In this document: positions 40,386 through 48,046 of the stretch, piece after piece | How the letters are laid out: every line of letters begins with the position of its first letter | Numbering within the stretch: the first letter of the stretch is position 1 | Source: a virus | Strand: one strand, 5' to 3' | IMG/VR virus record: IMGVR_UViG_3300020478_000004 | Span: 44,526-108,525 of that record | Length of the DNA: 64,000 bases | Notes under the pieces: generated by a model | Database searches by the model: none | Told to the model about the DNA's origin: nothing | The model's input: the letters and a program-made list of their open reading frames with translations, nothing else | Position numbers and translations under genes: made by a program

Positions 40386-41821
40386 TGGCTACAAAACAAA
40401 ATATAGATTACGGATATAATATACAAAAAACTTATCTAGAAATTATGTTAAGTGATGCACAAACTTTTGTGCGTTGTCAAGGCATATTCGATCCATCTTT
40501 ATTTGATCGTAAGTTACAAAGTACTGCACAATTTTTACAAGACTTTGTTGCTGAACATAACGTATTGCCAACACAAGACATTATAAACAGTTCTTGTGAT
40601 GTAAAATTAGAACCTTCTAAAGATTTAAATGAACAACATTATGATTGGTTATTAAATGACTTTGAAACTTTTTGTAGACATAAAAGTTTAGAGAAAGCTA
40701 TACTTGAAAGTGCTGACTTATTAGAAAAAGGCGAGTATGGACCAGTAGAAGATTTAGTTAAGAAAGCAGTACAAATAGGTTTACAAAAAGACCTAGGTAT
40801 TGATTATTTTAAAAGTCCTAAAGAAAGATTACTAGCATTAAAAGATAATAACGGACAAGTAAGTACAGGTTGGGAAACATTAGATAAAAAATTATTTGGT
40901 GGCTTTAACAAAGGTGAACTTAATATATTTGCAGGTGGTTCAGGTGCAGGTAAATCTTTGTTCTTAGCTAACATGGGTGTTAACTGGGTACTACAAGGAC
41001 TTAATGTTGTATACTTAACATTAGAACTTTCTGAGTCATTAGTTGCTATGCGTTTAGATAGTATGATGACTGAAATACCAACTAGGGAAATATTTAAAGA
41101 CTTAGATGGTGTTGAAATGAAAGTTAGACTAGTAGGTAAAAAAGCAGGAAACTTTCAAATTAAGTATATGCCAAGTGGTAAAAATGCAAACGATATTAGA
41201 AGCTTTGTTAAAGAATATGAAATTAAAACAGGACATAAAATTGATGTACTGTTAGTAGATTATTTAGATTTATTAATGCCGTTAAGTAAAAAAGTATCAC
41301 CTAGTGATTTATATGTTAAAGATAAATTTGTATCAGAAGAACTAAGAAATTTATCAATGGAATTAGGAATTATATTTGTAACTGCATCACAGTTAAACAG
41401 ACAAAGTGTTGAAGAAATAGAATTTGATCACTCACATATAGCAGGTGGTTTAAGTAAAATCCAAACAGCAGATAATGTTATAGGGATCTTTACAAGTAGG
41501 GCTATGCGTGAACGTGGACGTTATCAAGTACAGTTAATGAAAACTAGATCATCAAGTGGTATAGGAAGTAAAATTGATTTAATGTTTGACATTGATAGTT
41601 TACGTATTTCAGACTTAGATGAAGAAGAATCATATAGTTCTAGTAGTAGTAATTCTCCTATATTAGCAGGACTTAAGAAAACAACTACAGTAAGTGATGC
41701 ACCTGAAGAAATAAAAGAACCAGACGAAGGTAAACCTATACCTAAGATTCATGCAGAAACAGATTCTACAAAATTAAGAGAGTTTTTAAATAATCTTAAT
41801 ACAGAAAAAGACTCAGACTAG
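40385..41821 (+). CDS. Replicative DnaB-like helicase (gp41-like)
   Basis: GGSGAGKS, LELSE, VDYLDL, TASQLNR, MKTRSS. Confidence 0.93.
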   Translation: MATKQNIDYGYNIQKTYLEIMLSDAQTFVRCQGIFDPSLFDRKLQSTAQFLQDFVAEHNVLPTQDIINSSCDVKLEPSKDLNEQHYDWLLNDFETFCRHKSLEKAILESADLLEKGEYGPVEDLVKKAVQIGLQKDLGIDYFKSPKERLLALKDNNGQVSTGWETLDKKLFGGFNKGELNIFAGGSGAGKSLFLANMGVNWVLQGLNVVYLTLELSESLVAMRLDSMMTEIPTREIFKDLDGVEMKVRLVGKKAGNFQIKYMPSGKNANDIRSFVKEYEIKTGHKIDVLLVDYLDLLMPLSKKVSPSDLYVKDKFVSEELRNLSMELGIIFVTASQLNRQSVEEIEFDHSHIAGGLSKIQTADNVIGIFTSRAMRERGRYQVQLMKTRSSSGIGSKIDLMFDIDSLRISDLDEEESYSSSSSNSPILAGLKKTTTVSDAPEEIKEPDEGKPIPKIHAETDSTKLREFLNNLNTEKDSD

Positions 41822-41832
41822 GAGCTCTTACC

Positions 41833-42633
41833 ATGAGAACTTTACATATCTTTGGCGATAGTTTTACAGAACCATTCGAAGAAGATTGGGTATGGACTAA
41901 ACAATTAGCCACTAAATTAAAAGTTGAAGCATTACGTAATCACTCGTGTATTGGTGTTAGCAATGATTGGATCTTTTCAAACATTCGTACAGCAATACTT
42001 GAACAACGTTTACGAAAAGATGATATAGCTGTTGTAGTAATAACATCTCCCTACCGGTATTGGTTCTTTGAAGACAAACCTGAACTATCTAATTATATGA
42101 TTACTAACTGGGATGAATTTGCTACAGAAACAGATAAATCTATAGTTGATGCTGTCAAAGGCTATGTTAATCATATACAAAGAGACGATTTAGATCAGAT
42201 TAGGACAGAATTCCAAGTAGGTTGGCTTAAACAAATGCGTAATCAAATTGGATTTAATTTGTTATTAATTCCTGGATTTGCTATGACTATTGACTTTAGC
42301 GGTATTCCTGAAGTGCTAGGAGACTTAACAGGATCAGTATCTAATGCAGAATTTGTCAGTCCTAAAGATGATACTCTTTGGTATAGGCAAGGTATTGATA
42401 CTCGCTATAATCATTTATGTAAAGACAATCACGAAATACTAGCTGATAAGTGTGTACATACTTTATTAACTAATAATCCTTTAGATTTATGTGTAGGATT
42501 TAAACGACATTTTTTAAGAGCTGACGAAAGAAATACTAATAAACAAGTCGGATCTAGTTTAATTAAAAAATCTCAAAAATTAAAAGTAGAGTCGCTTAGG
42601 CGCACCAATACAAAACACTGGTTAAAAGAATAA
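41833..42633 (+). CDS. SGNH/GDSL-like hydrolase
   Basis: FGDSF, G.SN, NHL...H. Confidence 0.7.
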   Translation: MRTLHIFGDSFTEPFEEDWVWTKQLATKLKVEALRNHSCIGVSNDWIFSNIRTAILEQRLRKDDIAVVVITSPYRYWFFEDKPELSNYMITNWDEFATETDKSIVDAVKGYVNHIQRDDLDQIRTEFQVGWLKQMRNQIGFNLLLIPGFAMTIDFSGIPEVLGDLTGSVSNAEFVSPKDDTLWYRQGIDTRYNHLCKDNHEILADKCVHTLLTNNPLDLCVGFKRHFLRADERNTNKQVGSSLIKKSQKLKVESLRRTNTKHWLKE

Positions 42634-42644
42634 GTAATACTATC

Positions 42645-43139
42645 ATGAGAATTATAGATAACTTTCGAGACTGGATTAATCCACAATGGATTGAACATTG
42701 TACAGAAGTTAAAGGATTAAAACAAGAAGGTAATAAAGGAATTGACCATGTTCCATTCGAAGGCTTTGAGTGGGAATTGTACGATAGGCATAATACAAAT
42801 TTTAATGTAGCACCACCATTTGATTTTGGTACACATAATTGGGATTGGTGGATTAAAAAATTATTACCTAGTGACGGATTTCCAGTAGTAACATTAACTG
42901 AATCAACTAGACGTCTTTGGATGCCTTTAACTGACTATGAAATGGGGCATATTTTTATATACGACGAAAGAATGATAGCTCCATATCTAGCTGGTGATTT
43001 ATTTGAGTTTGAGCATAATGCTCCTTATGCCGCAGTTAATTTAGGTACTACACCTTTCTATATGATGATGTTTTCTGTTAGCAAAAAACAACAATGGGAC
43101 AGCGGCAAAGTCCACGGCATAAGTAACCTTCACGAATAA
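42645..43139 (+). CDS. Degenerate 2OG-oxygenase/cupin-fold protein
   Basis: WWIKKLLP...RLWMPL.DY..GHIF...GDLFEF; metal ligands not evident. Confidence 0.5.
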   Translation: MRIIDNFRDWINPQWIEHCTEVKGLKQEGNKGIDHVPFEGFEWELYDRHNTNFNVAPPFDFGTHNWDWWIKKLLPSDGFPVVTLTESTRRLWMPLTDYEMGHIFIYDERMIAPYLAGDLFEFEHNAPYAAVNLGTTPFYMMMFSVSKKQQWDSGKVHGISNLHE

Positions 43140-43221
43140 ATCATAAGATAAATATACAGACGTAACGTGCAGTTTCAGACGTAATTCCTGAACTGGAATA
43201 AACGCTGTATAAGGATAATAC

Positions 43222-43566
43222 TTGAAACTCTGTTCGATCATAATAATGTCGATGTTACTCCTTCAAGGGTGTGCGTTGATTCCCTGGCAAATATCCGTAG
43301 CTCTACAAACCGCTGATGTTATATCCGCATCATCTTCAAATAAGACTTTAGTTGAACATGGAATGAGTAGTATAACAGGACAGGATTGTCAATGGTATAG
43401 ATTACTAGATGGTGCAGAAATATGTATGACTCAAGAAGAAGAAATAGCATACCTTAAAGAACATAAGTGCAAAGTTCATGCTTGGAACATATTAGCTATT
43501 CCATACTGTAAAGATTTATTACTACCTATTCAAAATCCTATGTTACCTACGCCTACTCTAGAATAA
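43222..43566 (+). CDS. Putative lipoprotein
   Basis: LLLQGC lipobox; SSITGQDC; TAAATA upstream. Confidence 0.6.
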   Translation: MKLCSIIIMSMLLLQGCALIPWQISVALQTADVISASSSNKTLVEHGMSSITGQDCQWYRLLDGAEICMTQEEEIAYLKEHKCKVHAWNILAIPYCKDLLLPIQNPMLPTPTLE

Positions 43567-43647
43567 GAAAGACGAACACGACACTATTCGGACATGGCCG
43601 CAAAATCATGTTCAAACCATTAAGACACCGCTTTTTATATCATTTGA

Positions 43648-43653
43648 TAAATA
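43648..43653 (+). promoter_or_regulatory. Late-type TAAATA promoter for the leader/aaRS-like/tRNA unit
   Basis: GATAAATACT 10 nt before ATG 43664, the same geometry as at 4984, 9552 and 11153. Confidence 0.6.
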
Positions 43654-43663
43654 CTACTTTAGT

Positions 43664-43936
43664 ATGCCGAGAGAACTCTTAAATACTAAAAACCACAAAA
43701 CACCAACACATACCATCTCCAATACACAATATCAAGACGTAGAATTAGTCAAACTTATGACTGAAGCATTAACGAATAAGAACAAGTATACTGTTCGTGT
43801 AGAAGGTTGGAATATAGAGTACAAACGGCATTGGACCTCTAGCATTAACAGTATCACTAATTGGGACAATTTAAACTTTAATTACAACCAAAAAGCTGAT
43901 ACATTTGTCTTTCAACATAGGAGCAACGGACAATGA
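43664..43936 (+). CDS. Asn-rich 90-aa ORF (candidate leader peptide or partner subunit)
   Basis: 13 Asn in 90 aa, 6 of them in NSITNWDNLNFNYN; ATGA overlap with the next gene. Confidence 0.6.
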   Translation: MPRELLNTKNHKTPTHTISNTQYQDVELVKLMTEALTNKNKYTVRVEGWNIEYKRHWTSSINSITNWDNLNFNYNQKADTFVFQHRSNGQ

Positions 43937-44847
43937 CCCAACTAATTAACCCACAAGCCTTTACCGAAACTGTCGGCCGTTTACGGTCGTTTTTTTTGGA
44001 CAAGGGATTTTACGAAGTACACACTCAAAACAGATTAAGCATACTAGCCGCTTGTGAAGACCCGTTTAACGTAGCAACATACAATTACGCAGACCAAGTA
44101 TGGCCTTTACCCCAAACAGGCCAGATGTGGCTTGAACACGAATTATTAAGTAGCCCCTCTTCGAAGGGGTTTTTTTGTGTCTCCACATCCTATAGGCAGG
44201 AACCAAATGCAATACCAGGAAGACATGATATCATCTTTCCAATGTTTGAATTTGAGATGCCTGGTGATATAGATGACCTTAAGAAGATGGAGTATGAATT
44301 ATGTGAACACTTGGGCTTTAAAAAGCCTACTGAAAAAACTTATGCTGAATGGCAAAAGCATTACGGTCATGCTGAAGACTATGAAATGACTGCGGAAGAA
44401 GAAACCAAGATGCACCAAGAGTTTGGTACAACCATGATAACAGACTTTCCTGAAATGACATCACCTTTTTGGAACATGAGTAGAAATGATGATGGCAAAA
44501 CTGCAAAGAAGATAGATGTTATACTAGGTGGTATGGAAACAATAGGAAGTGCGGAACGTTCATGCGATGTAGAAATGATGCGTGATACATTCCATAGCAT
44601 TACAGACGGAGAGTACAGTAAGCTACTTTATAAACTGTTCAGTCAGGAACGTGTTGAAGCAGAGCTAGAAAAGTTTCTAGAGTTTGACTTCTTTCCGAGA
44701 GTTGGTGGCGGAATAGGATTAACTCGTTTGTTAAGAGCAGTTGAAGATTATAAAAGTAAAAAAGTAAAAACTGATGATGACCGTGAAATTTTATATAATA
44801 AACGCCGAGAGATGAATAGGCAAAGCGTACACGGAATACTTCAATAA
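43933..44847 (+). CDS. Class IIb (Asn/Asp) aminoacyl-tRNA synthetase paralog, catalytic domain only
   Basis: Motif 1 RSFFLDKGFYEVHT at residue ~18, motif 2 SYRQE...RH..FPMFEFE, ETIGSAER, motif 3 GGGIGLTRL; no N-terminal OB anticodon-binding domain. Confidence 0.9.
   Translation: MTQLINPQAFTETVGRLRSFFLDKGFYEVHTQNRLSILAACEDPFNVATYNYADQVWPLPQTGQMWLEHELLSSPSSKGFFCVSTSYRQEPNAIPGRHDIIFPMFEFEMPGDIDDLKKMEYELCEHLGFKKPTEKTYAEWQKHYGHAEDYEMTAEEETKMHQEFGTTMITDFPEMTSPFWNMSRNDDGKTAKKIDVILGGMETIGSAERSCDVEMMRDTFHSITDGEYSKLLYKLFSQERVEAELEKFLEFDFFPRVGGGIGLTRLLRAVEDYKSKKVKTDDDREILYNKRREMNRQSVHGILQ
43974..43997 (+). terminator. Intragenic terminator-like hairpin 1
   Basis: CGGCCG-TTTA-CGGTCG followed by T8. Confidence 0.5.
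44152..44176 (+). terminator. Intragenic terminator-like hairpin 2
   Basis: AGCCCCT-CTTCGA-AGGGGTT followed by T run (7 T in total). Confidence 0.55.
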
Positions 44848-44853
44848 GGCTTT

Positions 44854-44940
44854 TCCGGGGTGGTGGAAACGGTAGACACGATAGCCTGTTTAGCTATTGC
44901 TTGGGAGAGCGTGAAGGTTCGAATCCTTCCCCCGGAGCCA
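44854..44940 (+). tRNA. tRNA-Asn(GUU) with long variable arm (type II body), encoded CCA
   Basis: Acceptor TCCGGGG/CCCCGGA, G73, CCA; D arm GTG-GAAACGGTAGA-CAC; anticodon stem ATAGC/GCTAT with loop CT-GTT-TA; V arm GCTT-GGGA-GAGC; T arm GAAGG-TTCGAAT-CCTTC. Confidence 0.92.
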
Positions 44941-45097
44941 CTGGTCTTGTAAGATGATCTAGTGTGATTGTTTGATGTAGAGGGATCATAGTAGTATCTC
45001 CCTCTGAATTAATATTTTTAGGCTTTGCTTGATATTTAAGTTTTTTAGCCAACTTCTTTTGTTGTCTCATTATATGTCTATCAGAATGTTTAGCCAT
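44894..45097 (-). CDS. Small basic protein whose 3' end runs antisense into the tRNA
   Basis: Overlaps the stop of the upstream - gene; the last ~15 codons are the tRNA complement. Confidence 0.45.
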   Translation of the reverse strand: MAKHSDRHIMRQQKKLAKKLKYQAKPKNINSEGDTTMIPLHQTITLDHLTRPVAPGEGFEPSRSPKQ

Positions 45098-45797
45098 CAC
45101 TTGTCTCTATATAAGCCCATACCTTTTTAAGTAATTTTTTTATTACAGGATGGTTAGTATCAAAATCAAATGCCGCAAAATATCCAAATAAGTTAGGTGA
45201 TAATAATTTTTCTTTGTCTCTATATTGTGCAGTTTTTCCTGCCATACGTAATAAAGTAAGAGCAGTTTCTTTATCTGTTTTACGTACTAATTCACTAGCA
45301 ATATTTTTAGCATACGCTTCTATTTCATCGTCATTACCTAAGTATTCTCTAGTTCGTCTTATTTTATCAGATAATCCTTTTTTAGGTTTAAACTCACGTT
45401 GCTTTTTAAACCCTCTACCTCGATATTGGCTTTGATGAATTAACTCGTGTTCTAATACATCAATGATTCTATTCTTAATATTTTCAACACCTTCAGGACT
45501 AAAAGCAATTGTTTTATCTTCTTTAGAAAATATTAATTCAATTTCAAAATGTTCAAAGCCTTCTTGGTCATCAATAGGATCATATGAAGCATTCATATTC
45601 ATATCTCCTACTTCTACATTTTTAGAACGTAGAACATTTACTTCGTCAACTCCAATAGGTTTGGTATCAATTTCTAATTTTTTAGCAATATCTTTAAGGG
45701 GGATTTCTTCACCTGATGCTATAAATGTAAGGAACGGAGCAAGAGACTTTTCAATCTCTTTACGACTTGCAGGTTTTGTAAACTCCATTATTAACAT
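45090..45797 (-). CDS. Putative zinc metallopeptidase-like protein
   Basis: HELIH (HExxH) followed by YL...DEIEAYA. Confidence 0.65.
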   Translation of the reverse strand: MLIMEFTKPASRKEIEKSLAPFLTFIASGEEIPLKDIAKKLEIDTKPIGVDEVNVLRSKNVEVGDMNMNASYDPIDDQEGFEHFEIELIFSKEDKTIAFSPEGVENIKNRIIDVLEHELIHQSQYRGRGFKKQREFKPKKGLSDKIRRTREYLGNDDEIEAYAKNIASELVRKTDKETALTLLRMAGKTAQYRDKEKLLSPNLFGYFAAFDFDTNHPVIKKLLKKVWAYIETSDG

Positions 45798-46021
45798 TAT
45801 GCACCGCCATCATCTTTGTGTACAGCATGACCATCTTTACGACCATCTTCTTCTACTTTACGTTCAGGTCCTTCACCTTTAAGACTAGCGGCTAAAAAAC
45901 TTGCGGCCGCTAACATAGGTATAGTATATACCATCTTTTCTGTAAAAAAAGCTACAGCATAAGTTGGTACTAAGACTACTAATCCTTGTAAAAGGGCTAT
46001 ACGTATATTACTTATTTTCAT
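45797..46021 (-). CDS. Small 2-TM membrane protein
   Basis: Two hydrophobic segments. Confidence 0.6.
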   Translation of the reverse strand: MKISNIRIALLQGLVVLVPTYAVAFFTEKMVYTIPMLAAASFLAASLKGEGPERKVEEDGRKDGHAVHKDDGGA

Positions 46022-46116
46022 AATTTATCTAACAATTTTTGCAACTTATAACCCATTAACCATACAAAGTTATATATTTTAGCTTTAATAATCCATAGTT
46101 TCATATTATATTTATT

Positions 46117-46413
46117 CTACCCTATACTGCCGGCATCTTCGATATAATCCACTACTTTCTTTTTATTAGGCGGAATAAACGACTCATATGCGTTAGATTG
46201 TTGTAGCTGTTTAATAAGAACATCTTTGTTCTCTAAATCTTCACGTAATTTAGAAATAGTAGCATTACTCAATCCAAGTTCTGATTCTAGGTTACTAATC
46301 TTTCCATCACGTACTTGTAATTGAGATTCTAAAATTGCGATTTGTGTCATAAGCATTGACTCGTTATCTTGAGTCCACATCTCTTTTCTCCTTTGTACAA
46401 GCCCACTTATCAA
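46117..46413 (-). CDS. Coiled-coil hypothetical protein
   Basis: Heptad pattern; true start uncertain. Confidence 0.5.
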   Translation of the reverse strand: MISGLVQRRKEMWTQDNESMLMTQIAILESQLQVRDGKISNLESELGLSNATISKLREDLENKDVLIKQLQQSNAYESFIPPNKKKVVDYIEDAGSIG

Positions 46414-46488
46414 CCCAAGACATTATGGGATTATTTGTAAAAACAATCAAAATATACAGTGGTGCTAATATAAAAATTAAATATTCCA

Positions 46489-46683
46489 TTAAGCGTATAT
46501 GTTTACCATACTCCCTTTACCAACCTCAGGCACTACGGGAGCAGAAGCAGAAGCAGGTCCAGGGGCTGGTGTATTCATAGTACCTGATAACTGCTCTGTC
46601 ATGTTTTCGCCAACAAATCTATCTTGTTGGATAGGTGCTGAGTTTAATGGTTGTGCTGTTGAACTTAACCCTGTTACTTCCAT
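46489..46683 (-). CDS. Small hypothetical protein
   Basis: GGAGAGGGC RBS; ends GKGSMVNIYA. Confidence 0.55.
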   Translation of the reverse strand: MEVTGLSSTAQPLNSAPIQQDRFVGENMTEQLSGTMNTPAPGPASASAPVVPEVGKGSMVNIYA

Positions 46684-46854
46684 GCCCTCTCCTATATTTG
46701 ATTAACTGCCCAAATAATACCAATTAAAAATACTATCCAACCTATGATAATTACTTTAGTTCGTTTACTCATAGGCTTTTCTTTTTCATTCTGTTTAGCA
46801 ATTCTACTATAATGATCTTCGCAATTACCCCATCCCATAATTGCCTCCTCTCGG

Positions 46855-47151
46855 TTACGTCATACTCTTGGCAATAAATTCACACCCTTTTATTACCCCA
46901 TCTACGAATTCTCGTTCTGTATCAAATTTCTCGTGACACGTATTAAAACTAACTTTCATCGAAGTTCCATTATCAACCATATAATGATTTGCTTCTACTC
47001 TAGTTCTACCTAATTCTACAGTATTTGATTCGCAAGTAATTACAGACTCACACCAATCACGGAGTTGATTTGCAATTGCAACTGCGTGTAATAACGGTAT
47101 TCGTACGTAATATGTTTTGACTAATGGATTTCCGGTTAAGGAACACTCCAT
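46855..47151 (-). CDS. Hypothetical protein
   Basis: ORF with RBS. Confidence 0.55.
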   Translation of the reverse strand: MECSLTGNPLVKTYYVRIPLLHAVAIANQLRDWCESVITCESNTVELGRTRVEANHYMVDNGTSMKVSFNTCHEKFDTEREFVDGVIKGCEFIAKSMT

Positions 47152-47169
47152 AACTAGCCCCTTAAAGAA

Positions 47170-47781
47170 TTATATATCGGTAGATTTATAGTCTTTATCG
47201 ACCACGCACATAACCATATGAATTCTGTCTGCTTCACTACCATTAAATTGCGAATGATAAAAACGTGTATCAGTAAACCAGCAAGTTCCAGTTTTCATAT
47301 GATGTACTTCATCTTCGATAATCATTTTTGATCCAATTAACGTTCTTATAGGAACGTGTATTCTTGGCTCTGGATCACGATGCCAAGACAAAGCTCTTCG
47401 TGGACTAGATAGTACTAAACGTACTCTACCAATTCTCCAGTCCGCTGAAATTGTATCATAAACTTCTTTAAAATATGTATGAGCAAACTCTGGAATAAAC
47501 TTTGTATACTCACTTTCGCATATATCTTGTAAACGACTTACTTCTTTACCGGTAGCATCAAACGTATCATAATGCCCGCCAAGTCCTCCACGAAATGCTT
47601 TTTCTTCTTCTTCTTTTTCTGTTAAACAAATTTGTGGAGAGTAAATATCGTTTCTTCCAAACTTGTTTACATTCCCTCCTGACATCTTATCGCCCCAGGG
47701 GCATATTTGCAAGACATCATGCATACCTTGTTCTAGCTTTTCAGCATCGAACTCGTACGTTAATTTTTTAAAATACTTCAC
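47170..47781 (-). CDS. Aspartyl/asparaginyl beta-hydroxylase-like 2OG oxygenase
   Basis: GRVRL...LSWHRD...RIHVP...HSQFNG...RIH. Confidence 0.8.
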   Translation of the reverse strand: MKYFKKLTYEFDAEKLEQGMHDVLQICPWGDKMSGGNVNKFGRNDIYSPQICLTEKEEEEKAFRGGLGGHYDTFDATGKEVSRLQDICESEYTKFIPEFAHTYFKEVYDTISADWRIGRVRLVLSSPRRALSWHRDPEPRIHVPIRTLIGSKMIIEDEVHHMKTGTCWFTDTRFYHSQFNGSEADRIHMVMCVVDKDYKSTDI

Positions 47782-47923
47782 GAAACATATTACCTATTGC
47801 CATTTTTACTTGAACATACCAAGGTGCCATGGCTGGACAACCACTTGGCATATTAATCCATATTAAACCTATCATGGCTCCAACAACAAACGCTCCCATT
47901 CCTACTTTCCAAAATGTTGTCAT
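47768..47923 (-). CDS. Small membrane protein
   Basis: AAGGAG RBS; one TM segment. Confidence 0.5.
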   Translation of the reverse strand: MTTFWKVGMGAFVVGAMIGLIWINMPSGCPAMAPWYVQVKMAIGNMFREVF

Positions 47924-48046
47924 GCTATGCTCCTTTAATAAAGTGTAAAGCAACTAAAGTGCCTATAATAAACACTATCCAAACTACTGTCATTAATACT
48001 CTTTCTTTAGTCTTTGACTTAAAAAGATAATGATGTTCTTGCATTG

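Noticed and set aside
9552-41821. Inteins or introns in terminase, UvsX, UvsW, primase or helicase
   Set aside because: Lengths are normal and motifs are contiguous
44854-44940. Calling this a tRNA-Leu because of its D loop and long variable arm
   Set aside because: The 5-bp anticodon stem fixes a 7-nt loop with GUU at 34-36, and the discriminator is G rather than the Leu A73
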